In this document: one piece after another, positions 14,217 to 26,669 of the stretch
Layout: every line of letters begins with the position of its first letter
Numbering within the stretch: position 1 is the first letter of the stretch
Source: Basidiobolus meristosporus CBS 931.73
Lineage: Eukaryota > Fungi > Basidiobolomycota
DNA: 64,000 nt
Direction: 5' to 3'
Assembly (NCBI GenBank): GCA_002104905.1
Contig: MCFE01000385.1
Location: 19,470-83,469 of the forward strand
Notes under the pieces: generated by a model
What the model saw: only the letters and a program-made list of their open reading frames with translations
Databases searched by the model: none
What the model was told of the DNA's origin: nothing
Translations under genes and position numbers: made by a program

Positions 14217-14817
14217 CTAGTCACAAATGATGGGGGTATAGATGGGCGGCTGATTGGCAATGAGTACGATTGAGTGAATGCACTCCAGCGCATCTATATC
14301 TTCATATGGTTCGGCCTGATCGATATGCAAATAATGTATCAACTGCAATAGCCCATGATTTCGAATGACTCTGTTCAATCAAGCCTGATAGTGTATATGA
14401 TTAGCCATGCTTCCTACCCATTATGACCTTGCTCCTCATAAGTTGACTGCATCTACCCGCCCTATAAACATCATTCCGTACGAGCATATTCCCTTTGGGC
14501 AGGGAATTGATTTTCAGCCAATGGTCTAAGGGCCATCTCAAACTCATCGCACTTTCGATGTCTGGGCTATTCGCCATATGTTTCCTGTTGTTGACCCGCT
14601 GGTACGTAAGTGTAGACAGGATCCTCCGATAAGTGATAGCATGCTCGTCCATGCAAAATGGATATTCTATTGGCAATGTGATATATTTATTTCCAACGGG
14701 TTCGTCATTGGATTGCAGCTCTGACAGGTGATGGCTGGTTTCATGGTGGACATTTATTTTTAACCTAATATTCCGGCAATTTCGAGAACAATGAGTCCTA
14801 ATGATACGGAATTCCAT
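14217..14817 (-). CDS. Hypothetical protein (probably 2 exons)
   Basis: 138-aa ORF followed by branch-point/acceptor-like sequence and a further open segment (VIRNHGLLQLIHYLHIDQAEPYED...). Splice model not secure. Confidence 0.35.
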
Positions 14818-15097
14818 ATGATTATTGATTAAGGCCCAACTACCAACTACTTGATATAGTATGCGTGTTTTAATACCATTTGATCGGGTTAACTATATTA
14901 AGAATGGATGATTCGAATTGCTCGTAAGTGTTCATATGAGAATAATCAAATCCCGTGATGTGAGAGATACGTGCTGCCGCAATTTTATTCCAAGACTTTT
15001 ATTTGAGACTTCCCTTGACGGCTATCACATCAAATGTATTCTTGGCTTATCTTCATATAAACAGTGTTTATCCTCCAGCTAGCAACCTCCGAATAAT

Positions 15098-16546
15098 ATG
15101 TTGCCTTTAATATCCATATCTTCCGACCGTTTTCCAAAACAACACAGCCAAGCGTTTGCTGGGCTTCGAAGCATAATTGAATATAATCACGTCAATGATC
15201 CCAAGATAGCAATACCCAAGTCTTCTCTCACCCTTTCGCGCTTTCAGGATTTATCCAATGCTTTGGAAGAAAACCAGGGCACCTTCGAGTTGGTTCATGG
15301 TTTAAATTCGTTCGCACAGAGCCTCGAGCAAGAAACGGTTTCTGTGAGGAAAGCTCTATTGTATCTGAAAAGAATGCCCCTGCCGGAGTTTTCAGAAGAA
15401 CTATGCAGACACTCAGACCAGATATACCCGAGGCTCGCAAAGCAAGAGTTGCCAATGTGTAGATACAATTCCGTAGACCGCCTCTCCGAGGGCCAGGAGC
15501 CAAACTCGCTGGATGTTGTGCTTAACGAGATTTCGCAGGATAAGGTTTCGTGGCAATACAACCAAATGCTGGACTACATTACCAGGCTTATCAGCGAGGT
15601 TTCCTCCAAGAAGAGCATGCTGGAAACGACTGTCCACGAAATCGACAGGCTTACAACACAGATCACATCAAAGAGCAAGAAGATTGAGGTGATCACGATG
15701 AAAGCGCTCGGTCAGAAAGCGATCCATCTATTCCAAGACCATCATGGCCTACTTCGAGACTTGGGCGAAGCCATCCGCAAAATTGAAACCACATATTCTG
15801 TTCATTTCCATCCATACGTAATATTGCAAGTATTTATCTCCGCCATCCAGTACCGGCAGCAGCAAATCGCCAGTTTTCTCTTGGACGAGAATTACAACTG
15901 GATAGAAAAGATGGCCTCAGATATCGAGGTCACCGTTCAAACGGCGATTTCCCTTGCCCATCAAATAATGCAACAACACGACAAGTTGATGAGCTGGCGC
16001 CGCAAGCTACTAGATCTCTATCTAGACAAAAAGAGGCAGATTTGTAGAGTCAAATCTGATAACAGGTACCTCTTGGACAAAAGCCGCCTCCTCGAGCATA
16101 AGAAAACATTGACCCACAAATCATTCACCAAGCTCAAGGAGTTGACCTCCGAGACAGCCCACACTGCTCAACAGTTTCTCACACGCGTTCGTTGCCTATT
16201 CCACCAGATCGACGAAAAACTCTCCGAAGCTAACAACATAGACCACCGCGAGCGTGACCTCCTCACCCAGCTCATCACATCATCCTTCAACGTCCCTGCA
16301 TCAGATACCAAATCTACAGAGCAGAGCATCGTGCCAAAGAAGAATGCACATGACCAACTGGAGTTCAACTCGCGAGCCTCGGCCTCTCATATCCATTCAT
16401 TTGAGCTCCAGCACCAGAGTGAACTGGAGCGGCTACTTTATTTAATCCAAGTTCTAGACAGCCAAGGAAAGGTGTTGGTTATGGTGAACGAGATCTTTTC
16501 CAGCTGGGTACAGCCGCTTGGGAATTACACCGATGCAAAGCCATGA
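15098..16546 (+). CDS. Hypothetical helical/coiled-coil protein, 482 aa, single exon
   Basis: Long uninterrupted ORF rich in L/E/K/Q heptad-like segments. No family recognised. Confidence 0.75.
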   Translation: MLPLISISSDRFPKQHSQAFAGLRSIIEYNHVNDPKIAIPKSSLTLSRFQDLSNALEENQGTFELVHGLNSFAQSLEQETVSVRKALLYLKRMPLPEFSEELCRHSDQIYPRLAKQELPMCRYNSVDRLSEGQEPNSLDVVLNEISQDKVSWQYNQMLDYITRLISEVSSKKSMLETTVHEIDRLTTQITSKSKKIEVITMKALGQKAIHLFQDHHGLLRDLGEAIRKIETTYSVHFHPYVILQVFISAIQYRQQQIASFLLDENYNWIEKMASDIEVTVQTAISLAHQIMQQHDKLMSWRRKLLDLYLDKKRQICRVKSDNRYLLDKSRLLEHKKTLTHKSFTKLKELTSETAHTAQQFLTRVRCLFHQIDEKLSEANNIDHRERDLLTQLITSSFNVPASDTKSTEQSIVPKKNAHDQLEFNSRASASHIHSFELQHQSELERLLYLIQVLDSQGKVLVMVNEIFSSWVQPLGNYTDAKP

Positions 16547-16741
16547 CCAACGCTGGCGGAGTCGATCCCACTTGTATACACGTCAACAAAATTAGATGAT
16601 CCTCACATAGATGAGATAGCACCAGCTGGGTAGCCGGCTGGTTGTTTTTCAATTTCTCGCTATTGAGCCTGCTCATGGGCCATGAATAAATGTTTCAAAC
16701 CAACGATTCTTCGATTTTAGTTTCTTGTGCTGGGACTCATC

Positions 16742-17838
16742 TTACTGCCTGGGTAGTGGGGAAGGTCGAGGCGGAGGGTTGAGAGCCGAATAGATTTGTC
16801 TAACTTGGAGCCGCTGATGGGCCGGCTCTATTTCAAGACTAACCACGTGTGATGTCGCTTCGTTGCTTGGTTGTTTGGCCCAGTGCTGACTGCTTTCCAT
16901 TTGAATACTTGGCTGAGTAGAATTACTAGAAGGCTGATCGCAGGAAGGCCCGGTTTCCTTGCTGTCTGGTGGACCGGACATCTTCAGTTTATTCGTGTTT
17001 TTCAACTGTTCCGAAGTGAGCTTCGACGCAGTTGCCCCTAAAAAAAGCTCGTTAATATTGGCCCGTGGATGGTTGAGATACCGGACAGCTACTCACAGCT
17101 GATGTTAAAGAAGATGGAGGATTGTTCGTCCAGTACGTTTGACATGGCCAAAGAAATCATCAGCAGACTAACCGCAGCAGTGCACAAACAGTAGAGCGTT
17201 CCGTCCGTTAGCAGGGTGACGTACAGCCGAGTCCGTGTGAATTTCCACAGACTGTAGATTCTGGTCAAAAAGAAGATGGAGAAAAACACGTTCACCATAA
17301 GCTCCGAGGTGACCACGGAGATGGCCCCCCAAGGGCTAATCTTGGTTTCGCACGTACGTAAAGAAGTGGTTACTGGCTCCATCTGAGCCAAGTTCAACAA
17401 TCCGGCTGCTAGTCGAATGGACTCGCACACCCCGCCGAGTAACAACACGCTTTTCGCTTTGGTTGAGCAGTAGTACGCCTTCAAGAGCAGGATCAGCTCA
17501 ATGGACAGCGTGGACACGAGGTTAAGTGTGGTGGCGAAATAGACCCGCGTCTCGCAATATCGGTCGTAGTAGAAAAATGTCACTATCATGGATACATTCG
17601 TTATGGCGCCCAGCGATGATTGCAGCAAATTCAGCAGGTACATGGGTTTTCGATTGGAGGCGAGCAGAAGAATGGCATGGTATGTGTTGTTTACAAAAAC
17701 CACCGTTACCATTGCCACAATGGCCATACTTGTGTTCGAGTCGAACAGCATCTGGAGCTTGGTGGTGATTTCCGTCGGTGGAGTGTCCATACTGCGTTGT
17801 GCATGGGCGTTGCAGCCACCATCAAAGGTCCCATCCAA
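16742..17838 (-). CDS. Seven-transmembrane GPCR-like membrane protein with Ser/Pro-rich cytoplasmic tail
   Basis: About 7 hydrophobic segments in ORF 17089-17838, with Cys in extracellular loops (YCETR, RTCETK). An intron (GTGAGT..TTTTAG) joins NIS-W-ATASKLTSEQ in frame to ORF 16742-17005. Start at 17838 or 17790. Confidence 0.75.
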
Positions 17839-18510
17839 GCATATATACAGCCAACTGGCTGGACTCGAGTCAGCTTATTGGTATCTAAAAGTCAACAAAA
17901 TCTTAAACATATTATCATCGTTCACTTGTATCTCAGCCATTTGTCTCATCCACCTACGCTCGCTCAATGCGGTGACTGGCACCTAGTGATCTCCACATCG
18001 CATGCCTTAATGACTCGACCCTTGATCGTTCGGGTTCGTAGCCATCTACCCAATCTTACTAGCACCATCACTGGCACCCCGGTTTGGGGAAAGTGTACGA
18101 TTCAGAGAAGGCTCAGCTTCCACATTATCGGCCCCACAGAAGTCCGACATTTCCATAATCCATGGCCTGCTTATGATGATGACAGAGCATCGCTTGGACT
18201 ACCTTACAGCCACTGGTGTTCGGGGCCCTGGTCCGTAAATACCGTGAGAAGATCGATCTACTGCAGATAAACAATGTTCCAAGTGTCCGCTAGTCGCTCC
18301 CGAGAGACTCGCTGCGGTCTCACCATCGGTTATCAAGTGCTTATGAAGAAACCAGACCGGGACCGAAGACCAAACCAATGATAAGATGATGGGCCTAATA
18401 CAACACACCGCCCGTGCCGAGCCCAGTAAATGTGATAGAGTATAAACCCAGCAGGTGCACTTTATTCTAGGGGATCATGTGACGATCCAAATCCAAGGTA
18501 TTATTCAGAA

Positions 18511-18936
18511 TCAGGAATCAAGGGAATTGCCGACCACATCCAATACTTTGACGGGGGACATCCCGAACATCGTGCAGTTGACTGGTTCATATAGGATAAA
18601 ATAGGTCGGAAGGTTCGCCACCTCAGGGGAGATGTTCACGATTACTCCCACACGGGTTTGCAGGCGCGGGGACGCCAGGAATTGCTCAGAGTCTAGGCTC
18701 TCCAGGTCCTTGATGAAACGTAGTTCCGGCGAATACAAGCCCACGGTCAAGTTCCGGGCGTTTAGGACCGTTTCGTCCACCACTAGAATACCCAACCAGT
18801 TCGTAATGGAGGAATGTATCTGATCAGGTGCCTGGATGGATGCTGCACTCAGTTTGGGGCTTGGGTCATCGCATTTTGCCAAAATCGAGTTCACAGAGCC
18901 TAGGAAGAGTAAATATTTGGCCAGAGAAAGCTTCAT
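18511..18936 (-). CDS. Small secreted protein (141 aa), beta-rich, two Cys
   Basis: Signal peptide MKLSLAKYLLFLGSVNSILA, then a beta-strand-rich mature region. Single exon. Confidence 0.7.
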   Translation of the reverse strand: MKLSLAKYLLFLGSVNSILAKCDDPSPKLSAASIQAPDQIHSSITNWLGILVVDETVLNARNLTVGLYSPELRFIKDLESLDSEQFLASPRLQTRVGVIVNISPEVANLPTYFILYEPVNCTMFGMSPVKVLDVVGNSLDS

Positions 18937-20161
18937 TCTTGCGAAACGATAGATTTGATGAGGACTGGTCTGGTGGCATCGAACTTATAAAGAGAACCGT
19001 CTCGTTGCGTGAAGTCACTCCCAGACCGGCTGAGTCACTAGAGCTGTTACGTTAACTGGCGTTATTTACCAGTGTTTACCCAGAAGTCGGGCAAATTCTT
19101 GGCTGGATCGTGTGATCGAATAGTCAGTTCTTGCTGGTCGTCAAGAAACACCGGTTGGGGTGGAGATGATTGGTGTCTGTAAGTTTTGCATGAGCTTGAA
19201 GATGGGATCCATTGGAAGATTCGGACTGTCGCCATGATAGGCATACCACACTCACCAATGGTAGACTGGGACGAAGGAGTTGTGTAATAATGCAATTCAT
19301 TTCCTGCCGTTCGATATGGTTCCATTTCACCTTTTTTGTGACCTATTTGTTTATCGAAATGTGATTCATTCTTTACCACGGTTGAATACGAAGAGACGGT
19401 ATAATGCTGCTAACTGAGAACCACCTCAACTTTATGCAGGGAGTGGAAACCTCGTCAGCGGTATGGATATTTCCCTTCAAATGAACTATACCTCCTAAAA
19501 GACCCAGATAAATGCCGCCAGCTTAGCCAAAATGTTCGTATCATTGTCGGCCTCATCTAGTAAGAATTCCCTCATACGGGTTTCGAGCTATACGAACAGA
19601 GCCTACCACCCCAACCCATACCGGCTTGAGTCGAGGAAGTGAATGGCTATACCGATGTTGGATAAAAGCGTACCGTCGTAAACCGATATAGTTCAGTAGA
19701 TTAAGATGTGAACGAAAGGTAGCGAGTGTATGCAAAGAACTGGCATACATAACGTTAACTAGAGCCTAGCTTTGCTTTGCCTATAAGGCGAGACGACACA
19801 AACGAAGCCTCACACCCCGTGACGATACCGACGTTCTCCGTATTATGATGGTGGTAGCAAAAACGATCGCTGCATATTGGCTGCCTAATGATGGGTAAAT
19901 CTTGGCAAAATAAGTGTACGTTGCAGGCGGATCCTGATGCCGATCAAGTGGCTTTTCTGTATACTTTTTGCAGCAAACGTTTGTGTTGAGGTGCTGAGGA
20001 TTATTTGGGGATTTCCTGGGTGTTGGTTCTGATTTATTTAAGGCTCACCGGCTTCGTCCCGGAAAACATATGAAAGCATGTAATGGAGAAGGCGGCCCAT
20101 GGGTATAAATGGAGTGTAAATGCGAAATATCGGATAATGTCTGAATCAAGCAAGCCTAGTA

Positions 20162-21414
20162 TCAAGCTACCACGGTCAGTACAGTAAATCCTAAATAGAT
20201 AAGGATTGGAAAAATTGAGCTGGGGGAAATTGCAGCCCCCGAAGTAGGTATGACTGAGGAAATGTGAGTATTCAGCAGTGGATTGCAATTGAGATTAAAA
20301 CAGACTTACAATCAATCGATTTGTCCGTGGTTGGAGGGATGGAGTATAGGAGCTCAAACACCTCTCCCTCATATGTGGCCAAATGCCCTGGGAATTCGGG
20401 TGTCTGTTTGCCCGCTTCTGTGTAAACGAAAAGGCGATACATGCCCTCTTGCGTACCCTGAGGAATGTTCCATGGATACACCCGTTGACTGCTAGGTAGG
20501 TTGTTAACCACGGAAACTATCGAGTTGTCGACCAGGTTCCTCGCCTCGATGTTAAACACGGAAGGGGCTACTGTTAACCCGATTGGGTTCCAAGACAAGT
20601 TTAGTGTTCCTGGAATTTGAAAAATTTGACCTAACGTTGGAATGATGAACTGGAGTGTGGCAGGGGGGTTGACAATGTTGGCCCTTCCATTCGTATTCGA
20701 TATGACACTTGTAAAGTTGTGGACCTCTGATATGATTGAATCAGTCCTAGGGTTCGGCCATGGATTTGCTAACAACCTACCTTCTGGCTCCGGCTCCGGC
20801 TCTTCTGGTACTGACTCGATCTCATCCTCGGACGGAAATGGCAAATCCTCGTCAGATAAAATGTCTGGGAATGCCGAGCCATTGGTATCTGTCATCATGT
20901 TAACGAATAGGCTACTTCCGGATTGATGAGGACCTATGGCTACCTTGTATCTTGGGTTGAATGTCATTCTCGTTTGGAGCTGGTACTGGCACTATTCAGG
21001 AAGGACCAGTTAAACATAGACTAAAGCTATTGATGTGACTGCCCACTTACAAATAGCCAACTTCATGACACCGCTTGCATATTTGGCGGGGCTGTCAGAT
21101 TCTACATAAAACCTCGATTAGTACTCCGCTGCATCGATCGTATGCATGCTATATCTGAGCAAACCCTGGGCGCTTTGGAATTCTGAATTATCTTCGTGGA
21201 ACAAACACAGATGCAAAATCATTTAGCCAGAGTCCCACCAGATGGATGGTTTCGGGTTGTTACCTGTAGGTGTCTCGGAGTCCAATTCCTCAGAATCACC
21301 AGATATACTGGTGCTTAGATCCGCAACATCCTGGTATTGAGCTTGGCACAAAGTTGGGATAATGTTCGTACAGAGTAGAAACACGCCGAGGCGGAGTTTA
21401 TATTGAATGAACAT
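20162..21414 (-). CDS. Secreted/GPI-anchored protein with DUF7137-like Ig-fold domain (paralog 1); middle exons uncertain
   Basis: Signal peptide exon at 21414 (MFIQYKLRLGVFLLCTNIIPTLCQA), acidic linker, domain IVNPPAT..FQIPGTLNLSWN..YPWNIP..MYRLFVYTEAG..PGHLATYEGEVFELLY. A GTAAGT intron leads to the hydrophobic tail SGAAISPSSIFPILIYLGFTVLTVVA*. Confidence 0.72.
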
Positions 21415-21841
21415 GATAAGAGTCTAATGCAATCGACGAGTGTGGATGACTTCATATGAAGGGCTTCGAGGAGGGTTGGCTTATATATGGAATGATCGAT
21501 GGAGAGAATGCGTGATCTTTGCTGCATGATGTTATGGCACATACATAGTATACACCAAACAACATTCTCCAGTTTGCATGCTAGAAGTTCATTCTATATG
21601 CACGTCAGCATTCATCCGGGGGCTTGTTGATTCATGCCTACCCGGCCGAGTTCGCCATGCGCCCCGCAAGATGTTTCAAGAAGTTCAGTCTTGTGTACCG
21701 TGGATTTCTAATGGGTTTATTCAAATCGATTCAAGATTCTATCAAAATAATGTACAGCCCCCAGTGATGGTATTTGGAACGTCGCTAATGTGCTTGCCTG
21801 GGGTTGATAAAGAGACCAGCTCATTAGGAGTGGGTCGACTG

Positions 21842-23015
21842 TTAACCGAATACCATCAGACTAAGGAAGACTCCGCAAAGAGTAAGGATTCTCCATGGTA
21901 CAGTGTTGGCAGATTGACCAACAAAGATTTGTATCGGAGCTATAGAGAAAGAGGTGAGTATGAATCATGCACGAGAGCTCGCAAGGACAGGCTTACCCTT
22001 CAGCCCACTAGATATATACATGGAGAACTCCGCTTCAAAGGGAGTTAGATATCCTGGCATTGGGACCTCCTTAGGACCACGCTCGTCGTAAATCCTGAGG
22101 AGATAACTGCTAGATTCAATCAGCTGGGTTTGATCCTGCTTGATATCGGACGTGGTCCAGACATAGCTTGTTGTCGTGCCAGACATGTTGTAAGCATGGA
22201 CATATTTATGCGAGATGTCAGTCCTTTCTATGACAAAGTTGAGATGGGTTGGCTTGTGACGAACGCTTTCCAGGTGCCATTCGAATGTGATGTTTGAACC
22301 TATTGAGAAGTATGGACGGACGAGGTTTGGTGCTGGTGGATTTATCATGCGGATCCGGCCTGAGGGAGTTTTAGGAGTGACAATTTTTCCAATAGTGCCG
22401 TTTCCCCACGATATTACGCTGTTACAGTTCAGCGAGCCTATGTGTCCGTAAGTGTCGTACAAGGCAGTCGTGTTGAGGCACCCCATGATATTGGTCCCAT
22501 TGACTAACGCTTGCTTATCTTGAATTTGAACATCGGTCCCATTGATATTCACTATATCCCCCTTAACCAGTATGGATGTCCCGTTGGCAATGGTGCGGCC
22601 ATCCCTGACCGTGAAGTTGTATCCATCGTAAACCGTGTACTCTCCGTCCATTAAGACTTTCTTGTCGTTTACATAATAATTCGAGCCTACAAGGGCTACC
22701 TTATTACCATTTACTGTAGTACTTTTGTTTATCGTTAACGCGGTGAAGTTCGTATTACGCAAGATGCTCCCGACTTTGTCATCGTATCCGAGGCTATGCG
22801 CGAAATGTATGAAACCTAAACCTTCTTTGATTTTTTGCGGACTGATAAGTTTGTTTATCAAGGCTAGAGAGGAGATAAGTATGCAACGGCCCGACGAGAA
22901 GCTATGGCAAATTTTACTTACATGTATTCGTTGGTAGGCTGTCGATCTCTTGGGCAAAGCCTGGTGGGCTATAGAAAAGCAACGCTATCAAAACCAGAAA
23001 AGCGCGGTGAGCCAT
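21842..23015 (-). CDS. Secreted/GPI-anchored protein with DUF7137-like domain (paralog 2) and an Asn/Gly beta-repeat insert
   Basis: Exon 1 from 23015 (MAHRAFLVLIALLFYSPPGFA), GTAAGT intron, domain GRIRMINPPAP...YFSIGSNITFEW..YVWTT..YLLRIYDERG..PGYLTPFEAEFSMY. A last intron leads to the tail ...WRILTLCGVFLSLMVFG*. Confidence 0.8.
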
Positions 23016-23614
23016 CGTTGCCTTGGAGACGGAAGTCCTTGAAAGAAGCATTCGACGAAAAATCAAATGTGAGGCAGCGCGCGCGTTATATTTACTTCCT
23101 GACTATATATACCAACGTCCTGTCGACAATCGTATTCGAGCCGGCCATCGATAGAAGCTCTCGAATCGAAGGGAATTGCCAAATCCAGGATACTCAAGGC
23201 AAATGTTATTTTTGGATCTTGCTTGTGGGTGTTTGGAATTCAACCAGACTATACATATCCGAGCGACTCGCCAGAAATAGCAGGCTCTGGATGATTGGTA
23301 GGCAAGTGCTGCCAATTGCCACTGCTTCACTTAAGGGGAAGGATCTCTTCTACAGGGTTGGATCAGGATTTTATTGAAAATGAATCTGCTGTCAGAAGAA
23401 AATCCGAAAAAATCGAAAACCAAAAACAATGCTGAACTGTACAGAAAGGGCAGGTCTAAAAAAGGAGAAACCAAGCACCGATGGACGTCGTGTTGTGGTC
23501 GACAAACAATCGAATTTTGCTCAATTTATACACGTGACTTTTACAATGGTGGATATACAGTAAACGATTTCCCAAACGATGAAAGGCCCATCTCACTGTT
23601 TGTTAAGGATGAAT

Positions 23615-24519
23615 TCAAGTGCCAACGACCGGCTTGCGTTCTGATTTGCTGCTGAGCCACGGTTCAAATGTTAGCTCTAGCTGACACACAAGATTCTTGG
23701 CATACTTACCTCGTGACGATGGCTCTTCCTCGCTTGTGTCTGAATCAATCGACTCAAATCCAGGGTTCGTGTGCTCGAGCGGTGGTGTAGTGATGGGGGG
23801 AAGTTTCGTTGAGGTGTCATCGAACGAACATACTTCCGCTGTCTTCAAGGGGAAGCTTGAAGAGGTGGGGGTGCGAAGAATACCAAATGGTTGAGTAAAT
23901 GTACAATCAAAGTGGTCCGAGTTGACGGCCGACGGGAAGCTGTGAAATACAGATGTTTGATACTTTTGTGTGAGGTTGATCAGTGGGACAAGCTTAGGCT
24001 TGGCAAGCCTGCAGACAGGACTAGGCAGTGAAGTTTGTGGCGCTGTAGATGATCTCACTAGAGGAGGACTCATGCTGATGGAAGAACAGCCATAGGGTCT
24101 TTCCTTCAAATGATATTCGTCAAGTGAGTTTGCTCTTCTCTTGGTGCTATATCTGAGTTCGTATCAATTGATGTGGTGGCAAGGGTATATGGATATATCT
24201 ATACATACTTTGTTTCGTGGGACAAGCAATGGTTGTGAACCATGCACTTGCCTGCACGGAATTCCCATAATCTTTTATCCGTGAGATAGAGGACTACACG
24301 CCAATCGCAGTTGCATCTTTCGGATGTTCGGTTTCGCTTACGAACAGCATTCTTTTTGGATTCCGGGCGCCCCTCGCGTGAACAAACGATGTATATTGTG
24401 GAGCTTTTGGACGTTCGTCTTCGTACGCCGAACCCACACTTTTTTGCAAGTTGCTGGCACCACTCAAATGCTTGTTGAGCAGTGTTGAATTGCATGGCAA
24501 AGATCTCGCGGAAGTCCAT
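23615..24519 (-). CDS. FAR1-type (WRKY/GCM1-fold) DNA-binding domain protein, 2 exons, no transposase domain
   Basis: FNTAQQAFEWCQQLAKKCGFGVRRRTS...YIVCSREG...RTSERCNCDWRV...W......HNH. Intron 24207-24152 (GTATGT..CTCAG) joins in frame to the low-complexity ORF 23615-24109. Confidence 0.82.
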
Positions 24520-26669
24520 GTTCTTTTGGGAATAAAGTCTCGGTATGGTAAAAAGGTTACCGATAGTGATACCGTTCTTCAGAATCGGCACTTCCGCTTT
24601 TTATAACTTTCGTATCGGTTGGTTTTCGTAGATGAAACCGGTTGTTACATAACCAAAGTTCACAAATCCAGTGTTTCTGAACATTTTTCAATTGAAATGC
24701 TCTTACGCCTTGGAATTCATGCGACACACACGCTGCAGGCCAATGGTCTAAATTCTGAAGAAGAGCATGACATTACCAGGAGGAAGGTGAAACCTTCCTT
24801 GGGTACATCTGGACATGTAATCCCTTGGTAATATCGCGCTCAGTGTATTTCATGGAGTTGTTGATCCACTGGGCTTGGTGCATAATGTACCAATGTCAAA
24901 CAGCCCAAGGATATCTTATCATCTACGTTGTAGCATATTGGTATGACAATTCCCACTTTCAAGCCTCACCACTCGGCAATTGGGTTCTCTTGTTCATGCA
25001 GCCTCTTCAGCAGTGACTCTGCGCCTCATAACTGACCCTGTTCGTTTCAGAATATCCTTCATGGCATGAACAGATTACCTACCTGAAGGCACGTCAGTTA
25101 GCATGGTACGGAGTGTACACCAACGGTAACCTGGGTAGCTTGAGTCGGCCTTCAGAGCCAAAACCGAAGCCAGGATCCACGGCACATGCCGCAATAATGT
25201 GGAGTATCAGGATTCCCTCGAATGCCCGGTCGATGCTGATTGCAAGCAGTGACGGGATTCGAGTGCCCTCCAGGCACGTCCTATAGCTGCTGCGACGGCT
25301 TTTACTGACCATCACCGGGATCGCGATGCGTGTTGAAGTTGCTGCACGTTCGATGTCCGATTCGCAACTCAAACAGCGCTAAGAGCAAGATAGACTCGGT
25401 TAGAACGCTTGTGTGACTGCAGTGTCCAATGGATGTTCCCCGGCGATACATGGCTTTGAGTAAGACCAGTGGATCTACCAATGTGGCCAACACTCCACAT
25501 CCGTAAATAGAAATCTAGTCATGGTTTTCTTGAGTTACAGAGTGCGAAGTGCCACTCGCCACCAAGCCCATTTGCTGACAAAACTGGTGGGAGCCACTGC
25601 GCTCATGTCATTGCCATTACACGGTGGGGTGTGTTAGCAGCACCCAATAGTCCAGCGTTGGAACACAAAGACCTGGATCACTATTTACCTATGCGATTCG
25701 AAGATAATGACTCCATGGAGATATCTTCCCTTACATCGGCGGGGCCTCCAACCCTCGCCACTCCATCGGCGACACGATCTCGGATATGAAATATCCAGCG
25801 TTGAAACATCGATCGCCAAGGATCCAATTATTCGCATGTAGTAGTTACAAATACATCAAGACAAGGCCAGAACACCTTGACCAAAGTTGGTCGAGACTGC
25901 CAACCCACCTCAAAAAGGTGCTGGATCCACTGCCTGCCCCCTCCCCGCAGTCATCGCAGTATTTGGATAGCTGGAATAAACCGGTTCGTTCCGTTTTCTT
26001 TGTTTGGCACTATTTGCGATAGTTGGCCTTGTTTGGAATCCACACCATGTTTGGTGACTTGTCCATGCATCCACCACAACATGGAGCAAGCATAGAGTCA
26101 GGGCCAGCAACCACTATCCACCCACTAATCTGTGCTCCTTGAATTCTCGCTGTCGGCCTCCCTGAATTTCAGCTTCCATCGGATAGGCCATTTGCATTAA
26201 GGTGTTGTAAAAGCAGTCATACAGGATGCTTACTTTGATTAATGAACCCGCATGCTGATTCAGATCTATAGCGCTCAGTGCTCTCTCTTTACATGGACTT
26301 CAGCCTCTGGCTCTAGAGAAGATTGATCATGAAACGAAGGGATCACTCTTGTAATGCCCATATTTTTCCGGATACCAAATTCGCCCTTCGCTAGGTCACC
26401 ATTTCCAGTAATCTCCCAGTTATTCGCACGACAAACTGGAAATCAGTGTGCATATGACGTCGAATAGTCAAGATGACCTTGGTTTCTTAAGATATTCTGC
26501 TAATTATTATCGAGCAAATTTCAGGGTGTCCTAAACATTTCTCAACCCCAAGTTTCAAGTTGATTAAGTGTTATTTAGGACGCCCACCACAGCCACCCTT
26601 TGACAACCTATTCTTCTGTCGTTTTCCTATTTACTCACGAGACTGTGGAGTAAGCATCCATCAGCGGGA

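Noticed and set aside
24600-26150. CpG-normal stretch with several short ORFs on both strands
   Set aside because: Probably contains a gene, but no frame or splice model could be supported by eye.
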